From NCBI GenBank assembly GCA_028715985.1, contig JAQUQR010000004.1, positions 73,223-137,222 of the forward strand: 64,000 nt of DNA, in the 5' to 3' direction. Positions 10,958-20,320 of this stretch are shown piece by piece (the first letter of the stretch is position 1; the number at the start of each line of letters is the position of its first letter). Source of the DNA: Methanocellales archaeon (lineage in GTDB: Archaea; Halobacteriota; UBA148). A program made the translations under genes and the position numbers. The notes beneath the pieces were generated by a model, which did no database searches, was not told the DNA's origin, and saw nothing but the letters and a program-made list of their open reading frames with translations.

Positions 10958-13393
10958 ATGCTGAAAAATAAGTTCATTTTTATTTCGGTTTTGATGGTGG
11001 CTTTTCTGGCACTGGCAAGCGGGGCCCAGGCAGCCCACTGGATTGCTGGTACTGTCAACGATGCAGCAGACGGCAAGCCTGCTGATGGGCATACGGTCAT
11101 CATATACTATCTGGGCGACGAAGCCCGTAATAATTCTGGCATCATAGGTCCAACGGTTGAGAATCCTGATATTTTAAATAACAAGTACCAGATTGATGCC
11201 CAAGCGATTCCAGGCCATACATGGAAAGAAGGCGATGTAATCTATGCGAAAGTAATTGACAACGGAGACGGCTATACTGCTGGACCGGTTTCCGTGACTA
11301 CAACAGGTGCAGGATACGATGTTGAGCCTGACATGACCCTTCAAGCCTCTGTAATGGCGAATGCAGGTCCTGACCAGATGGTTGATGAAGATGTTATAGT
11401 ATATTTCAACGGCTCAGCCTCCACTATGGCAGTCAATTACTCCTGGGACTTCGATGCCAGCGATGGAATCCAGGAGGATGCTACAGGAGTTAACGTGAGC
11501 CATGTCTATGCCGATCCCGGTGTATATACAGTAACCCTCACCATAAACGCCGGAGCGAGCAATGACACCCTAATAGTCACCGTAAACGACATCACGTCCC
11601 CAACAGCCAATGCAGGTTCGGATCAGACCGTTTTAAACGGTACAACAGTGACATTTAACGGCACCTTATCCACCGATAACGTCGCCATAGTAAACTACTC
11701 TTGGGACTTCGATGCCAGTAACGGCATCCAGGAGGATGCTACAGGTGCTGTTGTGACCTATCTTTATCCCGCTTTTGGCACCTACACGGCAACCCTTACC
11801 GTATCTGACGCAGCAGGCAACAATGACACGGACACGGTCAATATAACTGTCACGGAGGTCAGAGCAGATGCAGGTCCTGACCAGACGGTTGATGAAGACA
11901 CGGTGGTCTATTTCAACGGTTCCAACTCTTCAGGTGCGTTAAACCACTCCTGGGATTTCGATGTAAGCGACGGCATCCAATCAGATGCCACAGGAGTTAA
12001 CGTGAGCCATATCTACGCTCAACCAGGCGTTTACACCGTAACCCTCACCATAAACGCCGGAGCGAGCAATGACACCCTTGTCGTCACAGTGAATGACATC
12101 ACGCCCCCAACAGCCAACGCAGGTCCAGATCAGAACGTTCTAAACGGCACTCTTGTGCAATTCAATGGAACGTTATCCACCGACAATGTCGCTATAGTAA
12201 ACTACTCCTGGGACTTCGATGCCAGCGATGGCATTCAAGAGGACGCTACAGGTGCTGTTGTGACCCATCTTTATCCCGCTTTTGGCACCTACACGGCAAC
12301 CCTTACCGTATCTGACGCAGCAGGCAACAATGACACTGACATAGTCAACATCACCGTCGCGGCAATAATAGCAGATGCAGGTCCTGACCAGACGGTTAAC
12401 GAGGACATCGTAGTCTATTTCAACGGCTCAGGCTCTTCAGGTGCGTTAAACTACTCTTGGGATTTCGATGCAAGCGACGGCATCCAATCAGATGCCACAG
12501 GAGTTAACGTGAGCCATATCTACGCTCAACCAGGCGTTTACACCGTAACCCTCACCATAAACGCCGGAGCGAGCAATGACACTCTAACGGTCACAGTAAA
12601 GGATGTAACGCCACCGACAGCCAATGCGGGTCCCAACCAAATTGTATTAAACGGCACTTTTGCTGAATTCAATGGATCATCATCCACCGATAACGTCGCT
12701 ATAGTAAACTACTCCTGGGACTTCGATGCCAGCAACGGCATTCAGGAGGATGCTACAGGCGCTATAGTAACCCATCTTTACCCAACCTTTGGCACCTACA
12801 CGGCAACCCTCACCGTATCTGACGCAGCAGGCAACAATGACACTGACACCGTTAACGTCAGCGTAGTGCCTTCAGTTGCACCCATTGGATTGACAGTGGT
12901 GTTAAATGCGGATAATACGGTCACATTAACCTGGGTTGAATCCCTTTTGGGCAATTTTGACATCTATGCATCAAACACATCTGGAGTCAGCCTAGTTACT
13001 CCCATAGCTACAGGTTATGGATATTCTTGGACAGATAACGATGCGGATGCTTATTCCCATAGGTATTATAAGGTCAGAGCCAAGGGAATTATTGGGTCCG
13101 AAACCATTGCAAAATATGACGTTAACCTCGTCAAAAAGCCCGGCGGCACAGGTAAGAATTGGATATCGATGCCTGAAAATCCTGCCATTACAAATGCATC
13201 CTCCTTAATGAAGGCAATAGGGCCCACATGTGACTCCATAAACCGATGGAACCCTGTTACCCAGAAACCAGAAGGCTGGATCTCACTGATGGGCGGCATG
13301 GGCACGAATTTTGCTGTTACACCCTATGAAGGCTACGAGGTATCTGTCAACGCCAACACAACGTTTACTGTTGTGGGAATCATGGGCTATTAG
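10958..13393 (+). CDS. Secreted PKD-repeat surface protein (811 aa): family-B N-terminal domain (AHWIxGTVNDAAD...), three tandem units of 169 aa that are 2 PKD domains each, then one copy of the conserved C-terminal module
   Basis: Signal peptide FISVLMVAFLALASGAQA|AHW. PKD signatures (NYSWDFDASDGI...HxYxxPGVYTVTLTI) recur. The C-terminal module lies at about 13112-13375. Confidence 0.85.
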   Translation: MLKNKFIFISVLMVAFLALASGAQAAHWIAGTVNDAADGKPADGHTVIIYYLGDEARNNSGIIGPTVENPDILNNKYQIDAQAIPGHTWKEGDVIYAKVIDNGDGYTAGPVSVTTTGAGYDVEPDMTLQASVMANAGPDQMVDEDVIVYFNGSASTMAVNYSWDFDASDGIQEDATGVNVSHVYADPGVYTVTLTINAGASNDTLIVTVNDITSPTANAGSDQTVLNGTTVTFNGTLSTDNVAIVNYSWDFDASNGIQEDATGAVVTYLYPAFGTYTATLTVSDAAGNNDTDTVNITVTEVRADAGPDQTVDEDTVVYFNGSNSSGALNHSWDFDVSDGIQSDATGVNVSHIYAQPGVYTVTLTINAGASNDTLVVTVNDITPPTANAGPDQNVLNGTLVQFNGTLSTDNVAIVNYSWDFDASDGIQEDATGAVVTHLYPAFGTYTATLTVSDAAGNNDTDIVNITVAAIIADAGPDQTVNEDIVVYFNGSGSSGALNYSWDFDASDGIQSDATGVNVSHIYAQPGVYTVTLTINAGASNDTLTVTVKDVTPPTANAGPNQIVLNGTFAEFNGSSSTDNVAIVNYSWDFDASNGIQEDATGAIVTHLYPTFGTYTATLTVSDAAGNNDTDTVNVSVVPSVAPIGLTVVLNADNTVTLTWVESLLGNFDIYASNTSGVSLVTPIATGYGYSWTDNDADAYSHRYYKVRAKGIIGSETIAKYDVNLVKKPGGTGKNWISMPENPAITNASSLMKAIGPTCDSINRWNPVTQKPEGWISLMGGMGTNFAVTPYEGYEVSVNANTTFTVVGIMGY
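11357..12877 (+). repeat. Tandem DNA repeat of 3 x about 507 bp inside the PKD gene (each unit encodes two PKD domains), about 90 percent identical
   Basis: The unit boundary GCAGATGCAGGTCCTGACCAG recurs at about 11357, 11864 and 12371. Long identical runs are visible between copies. Confidence 0.8.
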
Positions 13394-13458
13394 GTGGATA
13401 AAAGTATATATATGTAATACGCACATAAAAATAGGGAAAGGGAGGTATCAAAAAAAAG

Positions 13459-14709
13459 ATGAGAGCGAATAAACTTATTTTTATTTCGGTCTTAACAGTG
13501 GCTTTCCTGGCACTGATGAGCGGAGCGCAAGCAGCCCACTGGATTTCTGGAACGGTCAACGATGCCGCAGACAGCACGCCAGCAAACGGACACAAGGTCA
13601 TCATCTACTATCTGGGAGACCAAGCCCATAACGTATCCGACACCATAGGTCCCGCTGGTATGTCTGGTACGAGTAACATGTATATGTGTGATGCTGAGTC
13701 CATTCCAGGTCACGTATGGGCTCCCGGCGATGTAATCTACGCCAAGGTAATTGACACCGGCGACGGCTACACTGCTGGGCCAGTTTCTGTGACTACCACA
13801 GGTGCAGGCTTCGATACTGAGCCTACCATGACACTCGAAATTTGGGTACCGCCACCCATCGTGGCAGAGCCCCAGGCAAGCCCATCGCAAATAAGCATCA
13901 ATACAGGCGTTACGGAACTGAGCGTCAAAGTGTACAAAACCTCTTATGACATTGATACGGTTACAGTAAACCTCTCTCAAATTGGTGGTCTGAGTAATCA
14001 CATGATGAGCCTCAAGGAAGTCATTAACGCTACGGCCTCCATTTATAATTGTACAACCAACTCAAGTGTGGAAGGTACTTTTAGTCTTCCGGTAAATGCC
14101 ACAGACATCTACGGCAATTCCAACACATCCGTTAGCATTTCTCTGGAGGTCACAAGTGCCATTCAAATCCAGTACAACCTCGTCAAAAAGCCTGGAAGCA
14201 CAGGCAAGAACTGGATCAGCATACCTCTTGAAACGAACATTACAACAGCATCCCAATTAATGTCTGCAATAGGATCCAACTGCGATGCAGTCAACCGATG
14301 GAACCCTGTTACCCAGAAATCAGAAGGCTGGATTTCACTATTTGGAGGCATGGGCACTAACTTTGCAATAGTGCCTGGCGAAGGCTACGAAGTATCGGTC
14401 ACAGCAAACACGACTTTCTCAGTCTTAGGAACCATACCCACCACACAAAGCATCAATCTCGTCAAAAAACCTGGCAGCACTGGCAAGAATTGGGTCGGAC
14501 TTCCCTACTTCACAACCAAATCCAATGCCTCTCAACTGATGAGTTCAATAGGATCCAACTGCGATGCAGTCAACCGATGGAACCCTGTTACCCAGAAATC
14601 AGAAGGTTGGATTTCACTATTTGGAGGCATGGGTACGAACTTCAACATCACAACAGGCGCAGGCTACGAAGTATCGGTTACAGGAAATACGACATGGATG
14701 CCTACTTGA
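13459..14709 (+). CDS. Secreted surface protein (416 aa): family-B N-terminal domain, a central Ig-like region and two tandem copies of the conserved C-terminal module
   Basis: Signal peptide FISVLTVAFLALMSGAQA|AHW is nearly identical to those of the 10958 and 14779 genes. Module copies lie at about 14161-14425 and 14452-14706. A TATA-like aagtatatatatg and a GGGAGG RBS lie upstream. Confidence 0.85.
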   Translation: MRANKLIFISVLTVAFLALMSGAQAAHWISGTVNDAADSTPANGHKVIIYYLGDQAHNVSDTIGPAGMSGTSNMYMCDAESIPGHVWAPGDVIYAKVIDTGDGYTAGPVSVTTTGAGFDTEPTMTLEIWVPPPIVAEPQASPSQISINTGVTELSVKVYKTSYDIDTVTVNLSQIGGLSNHMMSLKEVINATASIYNCTTNSSVEGTFSLPVNATDIYGNSNTSVSISLEVTSAIQIQYNLVKKPGSTGKNWISIPLETNITTASQLMSAIGSNCDAVNRWNPVTQKSEGWISLFGGMGTNFAIVPGEGYEVSVTANTTFSVLGTIPTTQSINLVKKPGSTGKNWVGLPYFTTKSNASQLMSSIGSNCDAVNRWNPVTQKSEGWISLFGGMGTNFNITTGAGYEVSVTGNTTWMPT

Positions 14710-14778
14710 GTCAAAAAGAAAAAATTAATAATTGAATTAGAAAAAAATACTGAATAGGAAGTGAGAAGGGAGAAAAAG

Positions 14779-16143
14779 ATGAAACAGAAAATATGTCTTG
14801 TATTTGTCTTAACAGTGGCTTTCTTGGCACTGATGAGCGGGGCTCAAGCAGCCCACTGGATTTCTGGAACGGTCAACGATGCCGCAGACAGCACGCCAGC
14901 AAACGGACACACGGTCATCATCTACTATCTGGGAGATGAAGCCAATTATGTATCCGACACCATAGGTCCAACCGGCGCATCTGGTACAAATAACATGTAT
15001 ATGTGCGATTCGGAGTCCATTCCAAACCATGTATGGGCTCCCGGCGATGTGATCTACGCGAAAGTAACAGACAATGGAGATGGCTACACCGCTGGACCGG
15101 TTTCCGTGACTACAACAGGTGCAGGCTTTGATGTTATGCCTGCCATGACACTTCAGGCAGCACCAGACACAACAGCACCTGTGATAACAAGCCCAACAGC
15201 AACCCCATCTTCAATACCTGCGGATGGAGCTACGACATCTGTGTTGAACGCAACGGTAACGGATAATGTCGGCATCGCAAGCGTTACAGTGGACCTCTCT
15301 ACAATAGGGGGCTCTGCTACGACAGCGATGACGAAGGTTGGCACTACAGACGTTTACAGCGTAACCACGACTGCATCGACATCGACAGCCTTAGGAACCA
15401 AAAGCTTAACAGTCACTGCGACTGACACTAATACCACTCCGAATACGGCAACCAGTAGCATTTCATTGACTGTTACAGCCGTACCAGACACATTTGCACC
15501 CATAGTTACCAACCCAACTGCGACGCCATCCACCATATACGCAAACGGGATTGCAACATCTCAGTTGAGCGTAACGGTAACGGATGGTACTGGCATCGCA
15601 AGCGTTACAGTGAACCTCTCTGCAATAGGGGGCTCTGCTACGACAGCGATGACGAAGGTTGGCACTACAGACGTTTACAGCGTAACCACGACCGCAGCGC
15701 CAACGACAGCACCTGGGACCTACAACTTGGCTGTTACTGCGACAGACAGCAGTACGAACGCTAACACCAACACATCGGTTAGCATTTCATTGACGGTTCA
15801 GGCGTTGCCTGTGACCATCACGTCAGTCTCGATCGACGATTCAACCGCCAGCAAGGGACAGAACTTCACTGCGCGCATAAACATGAGTTCAACTGTTACT
15901 GGGTGGTATGTCGTTGTTGTCAGTGGAATTGAATCCGGCGGAGAAGGTATAGCTGGTATAGGAACGGTCTATTTAACTGCAAGTCAGTCTGTAACGAATA
16001 TGCCTGTACTCGTGCATATCCCGTCTCAGGCAACAGTGGGTAGTTATACCCTCTATGCAGGAGCATATGCGATAGGTGACTATCCAGCAAACCTAGCAAG
16101 CATAATAGACCATGCAGGGCCTGTGACTGCGACGGTCACATGA
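14779..16143 (+). CDS. Secreted surface protein (about 455 aa): family-B N-terminal domain, 2 x 106-aa tandem Ig-like repeats and a distinct C-terminal beta-domain; it lacks the KNWIS module
   Basis: The ORF track starts at 14761. ATG 14779 (MKQKICLVFVL) is preceded by GAAGGGAG. The N-terminal coding sequence is about 95 percent identical in DNA to the 13459 gene. Confidence 0.8.
   Translation: MKQKICLVFVLTVAFLALMSGAQAAHWISGTVNDAADSTPANGHTVIIYYLGDEANYVSDTIGPTGASGTNNMYMCDSESIPNHVWAPGDVIYAKVTDNGDGYTAGPVSVTTTGAGFDVMPAMTLQAAPDTTAPVITSPTATPSSIPADGATTSVLNATVTDNVGIASVTVDLSTIGGSATTAMTKVGTTDVYSVTTTASTSTALGTKSLTVTATDTNTTPNTATSSISLTVTAVPDTFAPIVTNPTATPSTIYANGIATSQLSVTVTDGTGIASVTVNLSAIGGSATTAMTKVGTTDVYSVTTTAAPTTAPGTYNLAVTATDSSTNANTNTSVSISLTVQALPVTITSVSIDDSTASKGQNFTARINMSSTVTGWYVVVVSGIESGGEGIAGIGTVYLTASQSVTNMPVLVHIPSQATVGSYTLYAGAYAIGDYPANLASIIDHAGPVTATVT
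15160..15797 (+). repeat. Tandem 2 x about 318-bp repeat with an 80-bp core of near-100 percent identity, inside the 14779 gene
   Basis: The stretch ctctct(a/g)caatagggggctctgctacgacagcgatgacgaaggttggcactacagacgtttacagcgtaaccacga occurs twice. Confidence 0.8.
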
Positions 16144-16153
16144 CTCTTTTGAT

Positions 16154-16936
16154 TTGTGGGGAGATGAACTAACCATGAAAAAAAGAGTTGAATGGGGAAT
16201 TGTTTTAGCAATTCTCGTATTGGCATCTTCATTAATCGCACCCGCATCTGCTGTAGATCAGCTTGCTATTTCAGTCTCTCCTGATCCAGCGGTTCAAGAC
16301 CTAGCCTTAACGGTAACCGTTACAGCGTCAGGCAGTCCTGTCTCAGGCGTATTCGTACAGTTTATCCTGAATGGTGGAACGCCAATATATGCATCGACGG
16401 ATGCAAGCGGTCAAGCGATATTTAAACCGCTTCTGACAGGCACATTGGAGATAATTGCGACAAAATCAGGGTATCTAACCGCAACTAAATCTGTATCGGT
16501 TGGGGTGGCGCCTACGCCTACACCCACGCCCACACCTACACCCACGCCTACGCCCGTAACTCCTGGAACAGGTGGCGGCGGGTACGTACCGTCACCTACA
16601 CCGACGGCAACACCAACAGCAACACCAGCGCCAACAGCAACACCAACAGCAACACCAACAGCAACACCAACAGCAGCACCAGCACCCACACCAGCACCCA
16701 CACCAGCACCCACACCTGCACCCACACCTGCGCCAACACCGAAACCAACACCAGCACCTACACCAGCACCCACACCAGCGCCTACACCAAAACCAACACC
16801 AGCACCTACAGTCAGACCAACGCTAGCCCCAGCTCCAACACCCACGCCAACGCCTGGTATACCGGGATTTGAGGCAGCCTTCGCAATCGTTGGACTCCTA
16901 GCGGTTGCATATTTGATTAGACGAAGAGAATATTAA
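16154..16936 (+). CDS. Secreted PGF-CTERM protein (archaeosortase A substrate) with a PEGA/carboxypeptidase-regulatory-like beta-domain and a long Pro/Thr/Ala linker
   Basis: Signal peptide [18 protein letters not shown]. The C-terminus [27 protein letters not shown] is the canonical PGF-CTERM pattern (PGF, then TM, then Arg-rich end). The gene starts 11 bp after the previous stop. Confidence 0.85.
   Translation: MWGDELTMKKRVEWGIVLAILVLASSLIAPASAVDQLAISVSPDPAVQDLALTVTVTASGSPVSGVFVQFILNGGTPIYASTDASGQAIFKPLLTGTLEIIATKSGYLTATKSVSVGVAPTPTPTPTPTPTPTPVTPGTGGGGYVPSPTPTATPTATPAPTATPTATPTATPTAAPAPTPAPTPAPTPAPTPAPTPKPTPAPTPAPTPAPTPKPTPAPTVRPTLAPAPTPTPTPGIPGFEAAFAIVGLLAVAYLIRRREY
16508..16858 (+). repeat. 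Low-complexity microsatellite-like DNA (ACACCAGCACC-type units) encoding the PT/PA linker; it generates artefactual ORFs in other frames
   Basis: Tandem acaccagcacccacaccagc units. The antisense ORF (16411..16845) is poly-GV and the +2 frame ORF is poly-QH. Confidence 0.8.
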
Positions 16937-17081
16937 GCTAAAACGAAGGGAGGCTAAAACGAAGGTAGCAATCCCTTCTACAATTTTTTTATTTATCTAT
17001 TTATCTTAATCAAAAGTTCTAGGATTTTAACCCCCTTTTAGTTCGCAACTCTTAATTAAGTTCACATCCTATTGTAACTGG

Positions 17082-18251
17082 ATGTTGAGCATCGCAATTG
17101 CAGGGAAGCCAAATACAGGCAAATCGACTTATTTCAAGGCATCAACGATGGTGGATGTGGCAATAGCGTCATATCCCTTCACCACAATCGATGCCAACCA
17201 TGGGATTTCCCATGTACGAACGAAATGTCCATGTAAGGAACTTGGCGTTCCTTGCAACAATTGCATAGGTGGAAATCGGTTCATCCCTATTGAATTCATA
17301 GACGTTGCAGGTCTGGTTCCAGACGCCCATCTGGGAAAAGGTCTGGGAAACGAATTCTTGGATCAGTTGCGTCAGGCCCAGGCGGTCATACATGTGGTTG
17401 ACTCCTCGGGGGGAACGGATGCGGAGGGCAATCCTGTGGAGATAGGAACCCGGGATCCCCTTGAAGATGTACGTTTCTTGGAGCGGGAAATGACGCTGTG
17501 GCTTTTTGGCATCCTCAAGCGCAACTGGAGTCGATTGGTTCGAAAAATTCAGTCCACTAGGATTGAGCAGGTTTTCGCAGAGCAACTGATGGGCGCCGGT
17601 GCGGATGAAACAAGGATAAAAGAGGCATTGCATAATGCATCTTTGGGCGACAAGCCGGCATCATGGTCTGATGAAGACCTAATGCGCATAGCAGACGAGA
17701 TCAGAAAGACGACTAAACCGATGATAATCGCAGCAAACAAGATCGATATCGCTCCAAAAGAAAACATCCAAAAACTTCTTTCACTGAAAGACTATATGGT
17801 AGTTCCCACTTCATCCGAAGCTGAACTGGTGCTCAGAATGGGTGAAAAGAGCGGATTGCTCAGCTACCTTCCTGGTGACTCCGATTTTGAGATCACGGGT
17901 GAGCTATCTCAGGCTCAAAAAGAATGCCTGGACCTCCTAAAATCTTTGCTAAAGCGATATGGTAGCACAGGCATCCAAGAATGTGTGAACCGTGCTGTCT
18001 TCAAACTGCTGGACATGATAGTAGCTTACCCGGTGGAGGACGAGAACAAGTTCTCGGATAAGGATGGGAGAGTATTGCCGGACGCATTCTTGATGAAGAA
18101 AGGGCAGACTGCACATGATATGGCATATCAAGTCCACACCGACCTGGGTAAAAGCTTCTTGTATGCTATAGATGCGAGGACGAAGCGCAGGCTCAGCGAA
18201 AAACACGTTTTGGAAGATGGTGACATCATTAAGATAGTTTCTGCTAAATAA
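17082..18251 (+). CDS. OBG-family P-loop GTPase/ATPase of YchF/OLA1 (or DRG) type with a C-terminal TGS-like domain
   Basis: G1 motif GKPNTGKST. It also has ASYPFTTIDANHG. The C-terminus has LEDGDIIKIV (TGS-like). Confidence 0.65.
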   Translation: MLSIAIAGKPNTGKSTYFKASTMVDVAIASYPFTTIDANHGISHVRTKCPCKELGVPCNNCIGGNRFIPIEFIDVAGLVPDAHLGKGLGNEFLDQLRQAQAVIHVVDSSGGTDAEGNPVEIGTRDPLEDVRFLEREMTLWLFGILKRNWSRLVRKIQSTRIEQVFAEQLMGAGADETRIKEALHNASLGDKPASWSDEDLMRIADEIRKTTKPMIIAANKIDIAPKENIQKLLSLKDYMVVPTSSEAELVLRMGEKSGLLSYLPGDSDFEITGELSQAQKECLDLLKSLLKRYGSTGIQECVNRAVFKLLDMIVAYPVEDENKFSDKDGRVLPDAFLMKKGQTAHDMAYQVHTDLGKSFLYAIDARTKRRLSEKHVLEDGDIIKIVSAK

Positions 18252-18267
18252 ATGTGGGGAATGGAAA

Positions 18268-18663
18268 ATGAAGAAAGTACGAGATGTTATGACTAAAGGT
18301 GTAGTTACGATCCATTTGGATACGTCTGTCAAGGAGATTGCGGCAGTTCTGATAAAAAACGACATTTCTGGCGTCGTTGCGGTCGACAGCACGGGAGAGA
18401 CCTGGGGGGTGGTTACTGATATGGATCTGGTAAAGTGCTATGCAGAGGGGAAAACCGACGTAGTTGCTGAGAGTATCATGTCGCCTCAAACGCTTGCCGT
18501 GGACCCGGATATGAGCCTTAAAGATGCGGCGGCTTTCATGCATTCCCACCAAATCCATAGGGCATTCGTGATGTCTGCCAGAAGCGCATACGTGACCAAA
18601 AACATTCCAATCGGCGTTATTTCAGCAACGGATGTGGCTCGTGAGCTGGCCAGGCACATCTAA
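18268..18663 (+). CDS. CBS-domain pair protein
   Basis: It has the typical CBS pattern (VRDVMTKGVVTIHLDTSVKEIAAVL...ISGVVAVD ... ISATDVAREL) and is 131 aa long. Confidence 0.7.
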   Translation: MKKVRDVMTKGVVTIHLDTSVKEIAAVLIKNDISGVVAVDSTGETWGVVTDMDLVKCYAEGKTDVVAESIMSPQTLAVDPDMSLKDAAAFMHSHQIHRAFVMSARSAYVTKNIPIGVISATDVARELARHI

Positions 18664-18709
18664 TCTAACGAGAAAAGTTTATTAACATCGGAGGCACATT
18701 GCAAGACCT

Positions 18710-19234
18710 ATGACAAGATCATTTTATTCATACATAAGAGATGCCCACAAAAGGCCAAAAAAGACGTATGTGGACGAATTGATGTGGCATCGGCTACAAG
18801 AATGGCGCAGAGAGCCCACCATACAACGAATTGAGCATCCTACTAGGTTAGACCGAGCCAGAGAGCTGGGATACAAAGCCAAGCAGGGCATAATCTTGGT
18901 AAGGGCCAAAGTCCGCAGAGGTGGAAGGCGCATATCTCGCTTCACTGGTGGAAGGAGAAGTGCGCACATGGGTGTACATAGCATCACGCCGGCTAAATCC
19001 CTTCAGAGAATTGCAGAAGAGCGTGCGTCACGCAAACATCCCAATTTGGAGGTGTTGAATTCATACTGGGTCGGCGAGGACGGCAAAAGCAAGTGGTATG
19101 AGGTGATACTTATGGATCGCAGCCATCCGTCCATCCAGAGTGATCCAGAGTTGAGTTGGATTTGCAATCCATCTCACAAAGGGCGCGCCTTCAGGGGCAA
19201 GACCTCTGCTGGTAAAAAGAATAGATGTAAATAA
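18710..19234 (+). CDS. rpl15e: Ribosomal protein L15e
   Basis: It has [13 protein letters not shown] and the basic Arg-rich L15e pattern. It sits first in the exosome superoperon context. Confidence 0.85.
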   Translation: MTRSFYSYIRDAHKRPKKTYVDELMWHRLQEWRREPTIQRIEHPTRLDRARELGYKAKQGIILVRAKVRRGGRRISRFTGGRRSAHMGVHSITPAKSLQRIAEERASRKHPNLEVLNSYWVGEDGKSKWYEVILMDRSHPSIQSDPELSWICNPSHKGRAFRGKTSAGKKNRCK

Positions 19235-19242
19235 ATAGATAA

Positions 19243-19674
19243 ATGATTCGTAATATACTACTCAGAACGTTTGCACATGCCACAGAAGACATATCCCGCG
19301 TGAAATCCTCTCTAACATTATTCTTATCAGAGGGCTGCGAAATTAAGACCACAATGACGAAAGGTCACTTTGGGAACCCAATTACGGTCTTGGAGGCGAA
19401 TTTAGATCCAGAATATCATCAGTTGTTTCTTGCTGTTTTGAGAAACTTACCCAAAGCTGAACTGTTACAGTTGAAGGATGAACTAAAACGACACATTGAT
19501 GATGACTGCAATTTTTATATCAGATTTGATAAGCAGGCGGCATATAGGGGTGATGTCAAGCTAGCTCAAACTGATGATGCAGTTGTTGCTAAAATGAAAA
19601 TTATTTCCTATCCGGCTCGTAGGGAAAATGCGATTAGGTTCATGGAGGGGTTATTAGATGCCCAATTATTATGA
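19243..19674 (+). CDS. Predicted RNA-binding protein of the exosome superoperon (COG1325/DUF54-like)
   Basis: It is 143 aa and contains the FAHATED motif. It sits between L15e and Rpp30, where this family typically occurs. Confidence 0.45.
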   Translation: MIRNILLRTFAHATEDISRVKSSLTLFLSEGCEIKTTMTKGHFGNPITVLEANLDPEYHQLFLAVLRNLPKAELLQLKDELKRHIDDDCNFYIRFDKQAAYRGDVKLAQTDDAVVAKMKIISYPARRENAIRFMEGLLDAQLL

Positions 19675-20320
19675 TCTCAATGTGCATTCTTCTCCTGAGG
19701 ACCCACCTGAACGGTTGGTTTCAGTGGCGAAAAGATATGGTTATACCGCCATTGCCATCACAAATCATTCGAATTTGGGGGGTGAAGTCACTGGCGAGGG
19801 GGTCATTAGTGGTATTGAAATCGTGGCTGATACAATCTCAGGGCTAAGGAAACAGATTGAGATTTATCGCCCCAAGGTGGATGTTTTGCTCGTTCATGGT
19901 GGCGATCCAAAGATCAATAGGGCTGCTGTTGAAAACTCAGAGGTAGACATCCTTGCACATCCTTCCCATCATTTCAACCATATACTAGCTGAATTTGCTG
20001 CTGAGAACGAAGTTGCCATTGAGTTCAATCTTGATGAGATCCTATACACAAGAGGCATCCCTAGGGTAAGGGCACTTTCTGCTTTTCAAAGAAATCTGAA
20101 GCTTGCAAGAAAATTCGACGTTTCAATGACCCTAAGCAGTGGTGCCAGGTCCCAATACGACCTAAGGGCTCCGAGGGAGTTAATTGCCTTGGCTGGTTTG
20201 TTCGGTATGAGCGAGAGTGAGGCAGTTTGGGCGCTCAGCCAGACGCCCTGGAACATCATCACGCGCAATCGTAAAAAAAAGCTGCCGGGATATGTGATGA
20301 ATGGCGTGGAGTTATTATGA
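19658..20320 (+). CDS. rnp3: RNase P protein component 3 (Rpp30, PHP-like TIM barrel)
   Basis: It has YDLNVHSSPE...AIAITNHS. It is about 220 aa and lies upstream of Pop5 and the proteasome alpha gene. Confidence 0.75.
   Translation: MPNYYDLNVHSSPEDPPERLVSVAKRYGYTAIAITNHSNLGGEVTGEGVISGIEIVADTISGLRKQIEIYRPKVDVLLVHGGDPKINRAAVENSEVDILAHPSHHFNHILAEFAAENEVAIEFNLDEILYTRGIPRVRALSAFQRNLKLARKFDVSMTLSSGARSQYDLRAPRELIALAGLFGMSESEAVWALSQTPWNIITRNRKKKLPGYVMNGVELL

Noticed and set aside
16411-16845. Poly-GV/GA ORF on the minus strand, a poly-Q/H ORF in the +2 frame (16572..16826) and a similar poly-GV ORF at 7860..8165
   Set aside because: These are translations of the microsatellite-like PT-linker DNA in other frames. 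They are low-complexity artefacts.
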